Shown in pieces: positions 1 through 13,701 of a stretch of 64,000 nt of DNA. The notes below the pieces were generated by a model, which ran no database searches, was not told where the DNA came from, and worked only from the letters and a program-made list of their open reading frames with translations. This DNA comes from Eledone cirrhosa (taxonomy: Eukaryota), in the NCBI GenBank assembly GCA_964016885.1, contig OZ024750.1, positions 47,430,001-47,494,000 on the forward strand. The letters are read 5' to 3'. Made by a program: the position numbers and the translations under genes. How positions within the stretch are numbered: position 1 is the first letter of the stretch; the number at the start of each line of letters is the position of its first letter.

Positions 1-218
1 AGTTTGGCCACTGCGGGCTTTTAACTGGAATTTAACGTCAGGTGTACTATCCTTTGTAAGGTAATAAGTTTGAAAGAAATTGTGAAAATTAAGTTCAATA
101 TCCCACTGGTATTTTACCTTCTTTAATATATGTAATTTTCATCTTCTGTCTTAAGTTCTACGTTCATCCATGTCCTTATGTGGATCTCCAACGTCAACAA
201 TTCATTCATATATATATC

Positions 219-398
219 AGGTAAAGTTCCCGAGATCCATGGACGAGTTCGCTCAGGCGGTCTCTGTCCCTCACCATCGCTGCCATGTCCTGCGTCTCCA
301 AAAGCGCTGTGTCTGTCCTAGAGCATCAACTTAGGTCAACTTCGATCTCCATCTTCTAGTGTGTCCGTGTAGGGGCTCCCACAGGAGCACTGACGGTA
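219..398 (-). mobile_element. RTE-clade LINE, ORF C-terminus and 3' end (decayed)
   Basis: The minus strand reads PSVLLWEPLHGHTRRWRSKLT*VDAL and continues into a [13 protein letters not shown]-like terminus followed by a (TA)n tail. A homologous 3' end lies at 6283-6406 (+). Confidence 0.8.
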
Positions 399-1200
399 CG
401 GGGTCTCACTGACGTCATTTGTGGCAAAGACTCTGAACAGGAAGATACTTAACAGGATCCAGCTCGACATGGGGAAGAGTTCAGGGACTCCCATAATGGC
501 TACAAAGAGAGAAGATCAACCACCAGTCACATGCTGATGCCTAGGAGGATATAAGAGGGAGCTAGAGCAAAATGCCTCACTGTTGTCATGGTTTTCATTG
601 ACTTAAGGAAGCCTTTTGATTTTGTGGACCGTCACTACCTGAAGAAGATCTTACACGCTTATGGAATTTCCAAAACGATAGTGGACCTGAGATCACTGCT
701 CTACACCAACACCAAAGCCCAAGTGATTACACCTGATGGGATGACAGAGTTCTTTGAGAAATTAGCTGGAGTCCTTCAGGGAGATACATAGGCTCCATAA
801 TTTTTATCATCGCAGTGGAATATTGTATGCGCCTTCCGCTGGAGAAACACCAGGACATTGACTTTACAGAGCAGGAGAATAAAAGTGAAAAGGACATCAG
901 ATGCTGAATTGGCTGACGACAGAGATCTGGAGACAAACACAGTGAAGGTGGCAGAGGAATTGATGAAAGAGGTGGAGGCTGTATCGATGAACGTGACGCT
1001 GTGGGGCTGATAATGAATGAGATTAAGACGAAGTATCTGGTAGAGAATATTAATAAGCGAGAGAAGATTGTGAAGGTAGGAGAGAAGCCGCTAGAATTGG
1101 TTGGGGACTTCCTGTATCTGCGAACAAAGATTGGGAACTCAGAGGATGATGTGATTCAGAGAAAGAGCAAGACTTGGACGGTGTGCCACAGTTTGGAATA
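397..1200 (+). pseudogene. non-LTR reverse transcriptase fragment (RTE-like LINE), with stops and frameshifts
   Basis: The plus strand gives YGVSLTSFVAKTLNRKILNRI, NGYKERRSTT, MVFIDLRKPFDFV, GVLQGDT*AP, LADD, GLIMNEIKTK and DFLYL. These are the LINE RT motifs in their expected order. Confidence 0.9.
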
Positions 1201-1230
1201 TCGAAATGGGATTCTCGGTAAATTTATATT

Positions 1231-1295
<65 letters not shown>

Positions 1296-1300
<5 letters not shown>

Positions 1301-1456
1301 AACGAGTAGGACCCCGACGGCTGAGCTCAAGCCTTTTCGATGGCTAATTCTGGACTCAGCCGTCAGGGCCCCACTCTTTCCTATTACCCACTCTACTACC
1401 CTAAGTATTCAGTACTTTGGTGCGTTATGGTCGATCTGGTTCCGTACCACATTTCC

Positions 1457-1461
<5 letters not shown>
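1296..1461. mobile_element. PLE family A 3' terminal fragment, fold-back form, in (TA)n
   Basis: Homologous to 32758-32900. An inverted segment (1296-1357) is joined to a sense 3' end, and both sides are flanked by TA tracts. Confidence 0.85.
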
Positions 1462-1520
<59 letters not shown>

Positions 1521-1523
<3 letters not shown>

Positions 1524-1685
1524 TTATTCAGGATTGAATCGGGAGTAACTACAGTAAGTTAGGTACTCAATACATAGCAGAGTATAGAAAAGCTTCTACA
1601 GGACTAGAACTATTTCATTCGTGGGAAATCGTCAGATGATTACTCACGAATGAAACAGTTCTAGTCCTGTTGAATATTTTCTATA

Positions 1686-1690
<5 letters not shown>
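1521..1690. mobile_element. family B fold-back element with hammerhead halves
   Basis: Inverted repeat at about 1584-1685, centred on tcgtcag/atga. The minus strand reads CUGACGA..GAAA..CUGUA. Homologous to 26783-26977 and 62963-63010. Confidence 0.75.
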
Positions 1691-1730
<40 letters not shown>

Positions 1731-1964
1731 TCGACTCGAAAGTATTTTTATTTTTATTTTTAAGTTATAGGAGGCAAATTCTGAAAATAAATTGTAACTT
1801 TACCGACAATTTTATGATTTTCAAAAGTAAATAAATATGGTGATATGTGTGCTTTGCTGTCTTGTAGCGCGCATATAAAAGGCTTTTAAGAAGTTCTTTC
1901 AGTTATATTCTCAACATTCCTGTATGTACATAACTGCATTCTCGTATATATCACCTTGATCACC

Positions 1965-2341
1965 TTGTCCGACCAGTCTGTCGTGGTCCATTCGGCGCCG
2001 CTGGTCACAGCACATGCTGTTTTAGCCATACGATGACGCCATCCCACTGGCTGGGCGGGCAGGCCGTAAACCTAAAGTCTGTTTTAGCCAAAATGCTTAT
2101 TTAGCCGGTGCTTATCCCGGTTTCATGGCATGAATAGTGACAGAGATTACAATACTCCCCCCTGGACAGGACGGCAGTCCAGCGCATGGTTAAACCTCCA
2201 GCTATTGCTGGTACTCATTTTCAGCTCAGTAAACTGGAGCAACGTGAAATAAAGTTTCTTGCTCAAGGAAACAACACATCACCCGGTCCGAGAATTGAAC
2301 TCACAACCTTTCGATTGTAAGCCTACTGCGCTAACCACTAA
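1965..2341 (-). mobile_element. tRNA-derived SINE with CORE-like central domain
   Basis: The minus strand begins TTAGTGGTTAGCGC (A box) ... GAGTTCAATTCTC (B box), followed by GTGTTGTTTCCTTGAGCAAGAAACTTTA and CTGTCCAGGGGGGAGT...GAAACCGGGATAAGC. Confidence 0.8.
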
Positions 2342-2505
2342 CATATGTTGATTTAAAACTGCACTATTCACAAGTGTTTTTTAACCCTCATATCATGTCT
2401 TCCTATTTTATCTGATGAAAACACAAATGTTATTGCTTGATGAAAATTTGTTTTTGAAGTGGGCATAATAAAAAACATGGAGCTCGTTTAACCATCTTTT
2501 GATCT

Positions 2506-2607
<102 letters not shown>

Positions 2608-3520
2608 CTGAGAGAGTGTGTGAAAGAGATAATGAGGGGCGGGGGTGACGAATGACAATGGTGTCGTCTACGATAGCTATATACAGAAATACAGAGAGCT
2701 AAAGTACTCAAAGTATATAGAGACAACTGAAAAGCGTTGTAAAATGACATTCCACTGACGGCAAGGGACGTGTAGGAAGAACTTGCTGCGTCAAACAAAC
2801 AATAATAGTTTCAATATTTACAAACACAACAAGGTTTAGGCACGATTTATGTACTTAGATTATTAATGAAGTGGTTTTATTTAATGTGTATTATATTCAA
2901 TGCTATACAGTAATGATATACTTAGAAAACTTTCCGTTCTTTTACAATTATATGTCTCTATGTCACGGCATTCTTTGTTTTGCCATCTATCATTCAATAT
3001 TTTGATCTTCATATATTTTTCCCAAACATTTTTCTTACCATTGCCTTCATACCTACCACACTTGTATTGTTTCTTTTTTAAAGCCACCTGATATATATCC
3101 GTTATTCCTATTTTACAACAGAATCAGACATTTACAAACCATTACGGAATATATTTCAAATTTAATAAATCATATATTATTGTTTCCTTTCATTTATGTT
3201 CTGAATACGACAATTTTCTTTTATGTTTATTGTAATGTCTGTTTTGATCAATTACATCTACTTCGGCCAAAACAAGAAAATAAAAGCGTGGGTGAGTTGG
3301 AATAATTTGATACGCTGATGTATCTCCTTAGAATGCGTGTGTTTGTGTGTGAGGGTATTAGTCTGAGCGGGTGTTGTACTTCCATACACAAACCTATGTG
3401 TTTTTCCGTATTTTTCTCTACATTTTTCTCTATATTTCTTATAATTTGGAACCCATATTTATGCAAATATAATGAAGCCTAACATATGCTTATACACATG
3501 ATTCATGATCAAACGTACGC

Positions 3521-3591
<71 letters not shown>

Positions 3592-5424
3592 GTATACACT
3601 CGTGTATATATGTACATATTAACCTTTTCCTGTAGAGTTACATAGATATGTATTTTGTGAGTTTGTTTTGATAATGTTTGTTTCTATGATAGCGATTGAA
3701 GTAGCTATATTTATCTTTTAAAATTCTAATATATTTTACGTTTAAAAGATGTTAACATTACCAGCTTTAAATCAATTGACCTATCCTATAACAGTTTCAG
3801 CTTGAATTTAGTGTTTCCATTTCATTGTAATTTAGTTTTGATGCACATATTATCCATCTTTAAGACGGAAGGAATTATGTGATTAAAGGAAACTCTGCCT
3901 GTTATTTCTAGCAGGTAATTCGATCTACCACATACAGACTCCCTCTTCATACTTGGTCTTTGTTCACATTGATAATGACATTGATAAAGATTACTACTTT
4001 CATAATTACTTCAGAATATTTAAATGATATCAGTCGTATAAATTGTTATTCATTTGCTTGGAGGCCTCTGATTTCAGTTGATGAGATGTTTAATTTGTGC
4101 CTGCTACTGTGTGTGTGTGTAACTGTGGGTGTGTGTGTTGTGTGTGTGTGTTGTGTATGTGTGTGTGTGTATGTGCGCGTGGGTCGTTGTGTATGCGGGT
4201 GGGTTACGTCTATTATTGATGTTACTAGTTTATAATGAATTCTGTTGTACGGAATGTGTTGATACTGCGATAGTCTATTCAATATCTGCTATTATATATT
4301 CAATATCCCCACACTCTTCGTTCATATAATATATTCTATTTCGTTTGTTTGATTTTAACTTGCCTTCAGACGGTTGTAGTAACATTAATTATATTTGTCT
4401 TTGTATTTACATATATTTCAATCTCGTAAAGTTTCAAAACATCTATAATGAAGGTAACAGTTGTTTTATGACTGAAGTTAATGTTGAGGTGTTCCACTGT
4501 CGGGGTGTATCTATGTCTGACTTTCAGAATTAGATTTTTTGCAACATATGCTATTTCCCGTAACGATGAATTTCTAAATGTCAGACGTAATGAGTCAGAT
4601 AGAATCATCTCCCACGCAATATATTATGGCATCTACATCCTAATTTAAGACGTAATAGTCTGTCTATTGTTATTTTATTCAATTGTAGTATTGTTACTCA
4701 GAGAGACCAATATAAGAATGATAACTTGATGAGATAAACGCATAAATAAATAAAGCTTATTAAGAATAGTTACAAGAACAGTTACCAGTTGAAACCATGC
4801 GTATTTTCTAAAGTTACTATAAGCAACAGATCGATATACACAAAACTTGAAGTATATTCAGTCATTTATTGAAATATGGTCTTCTTGATTGTCCATATGC
4901 ATGTAACCAATTATACGATGTTATATAATGTACTTTATAACAATAACCGAAACTTATTGACATAAAGTAAATTATATTACTTTACATATTACGTGTAGTA
5001 CTATGTTTTACAACAGTTATGAAATGTAGAACAATATACACGTACATGTATGCACATATGTGCATGATGTTGAACACTCTTTTCAAATCATGTCATTCAA
5101 ATTCAAAGTTACATGGAAGTTATTTCGATTAATTTAAATGAATATACAGCCTTATGTATTAAATAAACTGCACAGAATATCAATGTTAATCTACTTTGTC
5201 TGAATATAATGTATTCTTTTGTTGTTTGCAACTTGCCTAACAATATACATACAACAACCTACTGGCATCTCTTCATTCCTGTTGAAAAGAAACATATTCC
5301 ACTTATTCCTACTGTCAAATACATTCCTTGAATATAGTCTGAGAGTAAACTAAACAGTCACTTGTATAAACATTCATTTCATACTTAGATAATGTGAAGC
5401 ATCTTATAAAGTCATGACACACAC

Positions 5425-5515
<91 letters not shown>

Positions 5516-5518
<3 letters not shown>

Positions 5519-5868
5519 AAAGTGAGGTTTTTTTTACAAATTGAAAAATAACCGAGATGTCCTACACGAGTGAAAGTATAAAGAAAAAGAGGCGAAATCG
5601 AAAATGCAAATGGAGTCTTTTTTTTTTTGTAAATATATATATTTATTTGGTTCCTTTACCGGTTTCGCAGTTCTTCTGCTTTTCAAAAGTAGAGTTGAGA
5701 TGGAGAATCTGTGGTTTTTCTCACAGATGTGAGAAAAACCACGGACCCTCGATCTCAACTCTACTTTTCAAGAGCAGAAGAACTCCGAAACCGGTAAAGG
5801 AACCAAATAAATATATATATTTACAAAAAAAAAAGACTCCAGTTGCATTTTCGATTTCATCTCATTTT

Positions 5869-5873
<5 letters not shown>
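5516..5873. mobile_element. family C fold-back palindrome (arms of about 150 bp) in (TA)n
   Basis: About 5576-5724 is the reverse complement of about 5728-5875, centred on ctcaca-ga-tgtgag. Confidence 0.85.
5654..5689 (-). ncRNA. minimal type I hammerhead-like motif (family C)
   Basis: CUU UUGAAAA GCAG-aagaa-CUGC GAAA CCGG UA AAG. Stem II is 4 bp, stem III is the palindrome ACCGGU, and the core has U3-A8. A mutated mirror copy is at 5764-5799 (+). Confidence 0.6.
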
Positions 5874-6282
<409 letters not shown>

Positions 6283-6286
<4 letters not shown>

Positions 6287-6406
6287 GTTGATGCCCTAAG
6301 GACAGACACTGGTCTGTTGGAGATGCAGGATATGGCAGCGATAAGGAGGGACAGAGACCGCTGGAGAGAACTCGTCCATGGATCTCGGGAATTTTACCCG
6401 CCTTAG
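6283..6406 (+). mobile_element. 5'-truncated RTE LINE 3' end inside (TA)n
   Basis: Reads [40 protein letters not shown] and then (TA)n. Homolog of 219-330. Confidence 0.8.
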
Positions 6407-6499
<93 letters not shown>

Positions 6500-6537
6500 T
6501 ATATATATACACACATATATATATATATATATATATA

Positions 6538-7565
6538 TTTATGAAAATAACAGATTAAAGTTTAAGCAAAGAATCGCTGCTTTCACCCTTAACGGGATCT
6601 TCTGAAACTAACAAAGTCAATCTGTAAACGCAGAACTAGATATTTCAAAAAACGTTGCAACCGGAGGAAGACAGGAAGACGATACTTTGGTTCGTGGTAA
6701 CGTTCGCTGGCAAAGAACGGAAAAAAACGAATAATACGTCACTAATAGGAGCGGTGAAAAACAATTACGCGCAAAGACAAAACCACGTTTATGGTATAAA
6801 AGGGGTCGTAGACTAATGTTCTCTTAGGTGGTGCATAGAGACGTTCTCTGGCAATGAACGAAAAAACGAAGATAATAAGTCATATGTGGAGCAGCGTGGA
6901 GAACAATAGCACCCAAAGACAAAACCACGTATATAGTATAGCAGAAGTCGTTGACTAAAATTCTAACTAGGAGACCAAATGAATCTCCACTACAGAGTTA
7001 AGAACAAAGTAAATAAATACAATACAGAAGTAATAGGAACAAATAAATACATACACGCAAACAGATACGTTCATACACAAGCATACGCAAAACCTTACCA
7101 AGGGTATACAAAACCACGCACATATAAATATGTGTGTGTGTGTATGCTTGTGTCCAAATAAATAAATAATTATATAAACGTATATAAGCAAATAAATACG
7201 TATATAACAAGCGCACACGCATACCTACATATAAATACACGAATGTTCGGAGACGTAAGTCAACTAAAACAAGAAGTACACATATACACACACCCACCAT
7301 ACGTGCGAACCTGCACACTCACGCGGACGCAAAACTCCCGTATACACATAGCCAAACCCTAAATAGGTAAGGTTTTGCGTATGCTTGTGTATGTACGTAT
7401 CTGTTTGCGTGTATGTATTTATTTGTTCCTATTACTTCTGTATTGTATTTATTTACTGTGTTCTTAACTCTGTAGAGGAGATTCATTTGGTCTCCTAGTT
7501 AGAATTTTAGTCTACGATTTTTGCTATACCATTTGTCCACCTGGTTCTTTACCACATTTCCTTCG

Positions 7566-7568
<3 letters not shown>
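6538..7568. mobile_element. family D element with internal inverted repeat and family A tip
   Basis: Inverted-repeat arms at about 6935-7098 and 7365-7530. Degenerate tandem duplication of about 140 bp at 6700-6970. Hammerhead-like motif at 6559-6609 (-). The segment 7534-7568 is the family A terminus. Confidence 0.7.
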
Positions 7569-7608
<40 letters not shown>

Positions 7609-8722
7609 CATATACATATACATATAGGCGAATTTACTTATATAGCAGAACACGTGTATCCCAGCAGAAACCTGAACTTGTAGTGCACCTTCCCCGTTCC
7701 GCAGAAGCCTACTAAATACATTCATCGTATTCTATCGATTCCTACCTACTCCAGACAGTCCAAGTTAGTCTTCGACTTGTTTGTAGTTATGTGGTATAAG
7801 TATGGGCATATGTATTTGGTCGCTTTTCCCGGTTTAAACGATCTCATGTAAGCGTTGAATCTCTATGTTCGGCCAATAATGCTAAATTTTCAATATACCT
7901 CGTATAAATATCTTTCCCGGATAACAGTTCAACATTTGTGGGTCAATATAGCATCCTATGTGTAGTAACAGCATGGTCATAATCAGTAATCATGAACTGT
8001 ACATTCATTACACTAAGCGGTCTTGATTATGGATTTTGATATTTACATTGGTAATCTGGATTCTACCTTGAATTCTATGTTCCCGCAATATATAGACTGT
8101 CTAAACGTAATGTTATTACTCTAAATTAAAATACCCTATTGTGGGTTTAGCTGCACATTAGCTTAACCTCAGCCAGAGCTTCGATTATGCTGTAATTCCA
8201 TTTGTATTATTATCTCCTATACGTATTGATTAATTGATTAATTTAATTAGACAATTCTATTGATTGGTTAATTATGTCTTTAATAATGTCTGGTCGAGGG
8301 CTTTATTCAGTTTGTGGAAACAATTTATTCCTTGTTCAATATTTGAATTATGACCGCCAAAAACCGGGTGTTACCTCCTTTTGGGAAAACCATGTAACAG
8401 ACAGCAGTGTTTACTGCTAAAATTCAAAACCGGCGCGGATGAGAAAGAATACCTGTTGAAAAAGAGAATCTTCTGTTCGATCTTACAAATCCAATAACGT
8501 GCATGCCCCGCAAGTGGACTTTGTTGATTTCGGATTTACAGAAACCTAGCTTATATATTGCATAATATCGACGCGATGATCCAGGTTTGTCAAATTATCC
8601 TTGGTCAGTTTTCTCGTTGCTTTGGTCCTTGCGGCTGGCTTACCGATCGCAATCTTCAATTTGCCAAGCTGTCTAAACATAATGTTATTGCTCTAAGATA
8701 AAGTACCTTATTGAGTGCATTG

Positions 8723-9458
<736 letters not shown>

Positions 9459-11072
9459 TTGTTTTGCAAGAATAATGATTCCGATTGGAGTATTGAAACC
9501 TACTGTTATAATACGTGATGGTCATTCTGACTATAAAAGCCCACTTCCCACACCAGTTGCACTTCGATTTTATATTAGTTGAGCAACTACACCATCACCG
9601 ATTGTTTTATCAACCTGCCAGTTTTGTAATTATTTATTGTAAAAAGGTTTTCTTTACACTCCATGTGACATCTCAATGAATATACTTGCTCCTTTCATTT
9701 CATATCAGCTCTGATATTGATCTATGTACTTCATCATACCTGATGTTTCTAGGGCAATATTGTTAATGATAAAGTCATTAAATGTGTAATTCAATATGAC
9801 GCCTCTGACCATACCCTTAGTTCGCAATACAAATTAGATTTTTCTTAGCTGATTCTATTTAATGTACGCTGTTTAATCCGCATTTGTTCAGTTTAGTTTA
9901 TATTAACTTCTCCATATAACACATTTATCAATAGGTTATATGGGGCAGGAGTATCATGGAGACGTTTAATCCTTCGACTTGCATTAAATATATCAGTAAA
10001 CTCTATATATACGGACGTATCTATCGAAACTTATATGGGACAAGGGTATAACTATTCAATTTAATGGGCTACGATAGGAAATGCTAAAATCTTTACAAGT
10101 ATATACTGTTGCAGTTATTGATTCGGATTGAATTAACGGTGCGTGTAAAGAGAGACAAAACATAAAAGAGACGTTTATTATAGCTTCCCCGTTGAAATAC
10201 GTATCCATCCATTAAACAAGATGATCTGCATCTCACTACTGAATATTCAAAACTACTGAACCTGAGTTAGCAGAAGATGAAAGTATTATAATAAAAAAAG
10301 ACTGAGCGAAATTACTCAACAAAGTGTTCAGAATAAAACATTAGCAGACGATGCTTTCTGCCTCTCATTGATTTCATTCTCTTTGTCGCCTTATCTGCGA
10401 CACAATTATACAGAATAACTGCTTTTTACATAGCAACGCAGCTCCAATAAGAAACAATTGCTGAAAACGTAAGACAAACTGATCGGCAGTTAAACTACAA
10501 AAGGCTTCAGACAGACAAAGACGATATGTCCATTAAAGACACAAGACCAACAGGGAAATCAACATGTGAAAGAAAGCAAATAATAAATGAACAACGGCTA
10601 TAACTTTCGTTCGACAGATTCTGCTCTGATTTTATCATTGGAATACAAAAGAAAAGATGGAAAAGAAAGGAGCAAAATCTTGTAATAAAATCATTCCAAA
10701 CAAATAGAGAAGAGTTTCATTTGCATAGTTACGCATAAAAACAAAAGTTTACTGTTTAATTAAATCTTTAATGTAAGACAAGATAACAAATGACAAAAAT
10801 GAAACAACAACTAAGAAACATCATTTGATCTTTAAAAAGGTCTTGTGTATATATATACACCATGTATGTATGGCTGTAATATATAGATGCGCGGAGTCCT
10901 GGCATATATATATATAATTTATTTTTCTGTTTACGTCTATATATAATGAGGGATAGAGAGAAAGAGAGATACAGGGGGAAATAGGGAAAGACAACTGTTG
11001 GGTACGGCCAAGAACCTAGGTTGAATACATACAAACATACACACACGCACACACACATACACACACTCACAC

Positions 11073-11142
<70 letters not shown>

Positions 11143-11159
11143 GTGAGAGAGAGAGAGTT

Positions 11160-11191
<32 letters not shown>

Positions 11192-11196
<5 letters not shown>

Positions 11197-11520
11197 GTAA
11201 TAAACAACATAAGATGATTATTTCATTTACCAGTCGTTTCTTGAAGACATATGTTGTGTCTGTGTTCAGTCGTCAGAATGAATAAAAAACCTGGTGTATT
11301 TATAAACTGTGGATTTTTAATCCATATTTAATAAATTCCCCATGTTTTTTATTCATTCTGACGACTGAACACAGACACAATATATGTCTTCAAGAAACCA
11401 CTGGTAAATCAAATAATTATCGTATGGTATTTATTACATAACTAATAAGCCCTGTAGCCAACATAGAGCACTCTTTGTTCCCTGTATCTTTCTGACGGAA
11501 ATACTTCATTTATATATCTA
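11192..11520. mobile_element. family E fold-back element with two divergent hammerheads
   Basis: Inverted repeat at 11193-11441, centred near 11318. Motifs lie at 11224-11280 (-) and 11354-11410 (+). Homologs at about 47440-47590 and 63730-64000. Confidence 0.85.
11354..11410 (+). ncRNA. type I hammerhead motif (family E)
   Basis: AUU CUGACGA cUGAA..UUCAa GAAA CCA c UGG UA AAU. Confidence 0.7.
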
Positions 11521-11534
11521 TATATATGTATATA

Positions 11535-11722
11535 TAATAGTTGTTTCCAGTTTAGGCACAAGGCCAGCGTTTACCCAGTACATTACTGGTACTTTATTTT
11601 ATGGACCACGTAAGGATGAAAGGTAAAGTTAACCTCGACGGGATTTGAAATCAGACCGTAAAGGGACGTAACTATGCTGGAAAGCATGGCGTCCGTCCTT
11701 CTACCGATATTGCCAATTCACC
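11535..11722 (-). mobile_element. tRNA-related SINE with Nin-like domain
   Basis: Homologous to 23799-23988. Confidence 0.85.
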
Positions 11723-12184
11723 GTATAGTGTGTGTGTGTATAACCTCTAGAGTGAGAGGAGAAAGAAAGATGGAATGGAATATAGAAAAGGAGAAGAAGA
11801 TAAATAGTAGCAGACAGTGCATTAAATGACATTGGTATGTTAAGTGTACGTTTTACGTTCTCAAAAATGTATTGATTTTCCAAAATGGTTCGCGCATTAA
11901 AACAGATGTATCAAAAGAGTGGTTTTCATTTCGAGATGGTAGATCAATAGATGACCTAGATTCTAGTTTGGCTAAGCAGTTTCGTCTGTTCTCTCTGGAA
12001 TATTCTGTCCTTGTCCGTTTTACTTGAAATAAATCTTCAGGAATCATAACTAATATAATTTTCGAGGGGAAAACAATATGCTCATACTTCTATACTGGAA
12101 ACATGATATATTTCACCTACTCACAAATCAAACTCATTTAGGGAAGCAATCACAAACACACAAACACATTTATATATATATATA

Positions 12185-12776
12185 AATGGAATAGAATAAA
12201 ACGAAATTTCATTTCTCACTCTTAGTACGGCAGTTACTTAATGTAAGTATGTATGCATGTACACGTACATACATATATGTATACAGACGTACAGTAGTAT
12301 GTATATATATTCATACATGCACACATATATATATATATGCACGTATCGGTTTACCGAACATTTATTATAATGCTCCATTTATCGTTTTCGGTGCGCCCGG
12401 CCGACTAAACTCACTCGATATGCAAATTACGTTGCTCAGCCGTTAATATTCATAAGGAAAGTATATACTTTCAGACGTTCAACCATCTGGAAGGCAGGTA
12501 TATGATGTTACGATAGCTAATAAGCTTGAAACTAATACATCGTTTATGTGTCATTGTTGTAAAAAAAGGTGACGTGGTTGCCTGAACACTGTACGGCGTA
12601 ATCTGGGCTGTTTGTTTGTTTACAAATAAACCGACCATTATAATAAATTTTCGGTAAACTGATACGTCCATATATATATATATATATGAGTGCATGTATG
12701 TATATATACATACTACTGTACGTCTGTATTCATATATGTATGTACGTATACATACATACTTACATATATATATATG

Positions 12777-12812
<36 letters not shown>

Positions 12813-12977
12813 CATATATATACATATATATACATAAATGGAAAAAATGAAATTTCATTTCTCACACTTAGAACGGCTGATACTTACATATAAGTATATA
12901 CACGTACATACATATATGTTTAGATACGTACAGTAGTGTGTATATACATACATACATGCACACACACACACACACAC

Positions 12978-13063
<86 letters not shown>

Positions 13064-13455
13064 GTATGGGTTTACTGAACATGTCTTATACTGCTCGGTT
13101 TGTTTGTAAACAGGCATCCCGAATCATTAGCCGTACAGTGTTCGGCAACCATCGTTGCCCTTTTGTTCAACACTGACAAAGGAACGATGAACTAGCTTCT
13201 AGCTTATTAGCTGTCATCAGCACCGTATACCTTCCTGTCAGTCGATTGAAGGTGTGTAGGTATATACTTTCCCTATGCATATTAACGGTTGAGCAGCCTA
13301 ATTTGAACATCGAGTGAGTTAGTCAGACGGGCGTACCGAAAACGATAAATTGAAAAAATGAAATTTCATTTCTCACTCTTCCTACGGCTGATACGTACAT
13401 ACATATATGTATACAGACATACAGTAGTATGTATATACATACATACATGCACACA
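12185..13455. mobile_element. family F cluster: old inverted pair with decayed hammerheads
   Basis: 12377-12668 is a diverged reverse complement of 13062-13350. The motif gaaatttcatttctcac occurs three times. Decayed hammerhead cores at 12503-12542 (+) and 13185-13225 (-). Confidence 0.65.
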
Positions 13456-13510
13456 TGCCAAAACTGCTGACCCTGTGCCTATAATAGTAATCATTAATAT
13501 AAAACACAAT

Positions 13511-13701
13511 GGTGAAGTAGATTGGCAGTATCAGTAGAAGGTCGGACGCCATGCTTTTCAGCACAGTTACTTCCCTTTACGAACTGAGTTCAAATCCCGC
13601 CGAGGTTAACTTTGCCTTTCATCCTTACGGGGTCGATAAAATAAAGTAACAGTAATGTACTGCATAATTGCTGGCCTTGTGCTAAATATAGAAACAATTA
13701 T
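13511..13701 (+). mobile_element. Nin-like SINE with target-site duplication
   Basis: Same family as 23799-23988. TSD tataaaacacaat at 13498-13510 and 13702-13714. Confidence 0.9.

Noticed and set aside
2280-2341. tRNA gene
   Set aside because: Only A and B boxes heading a SINE body are present. There is no complete cloverleaf.
7630-8650. Possible decayed coding or PLE sequence
   Set aside because: Only vague motifs (RYIENLALL..LNR on minus, KPCNRQQC on plus) on opposite strands. Not supportable.
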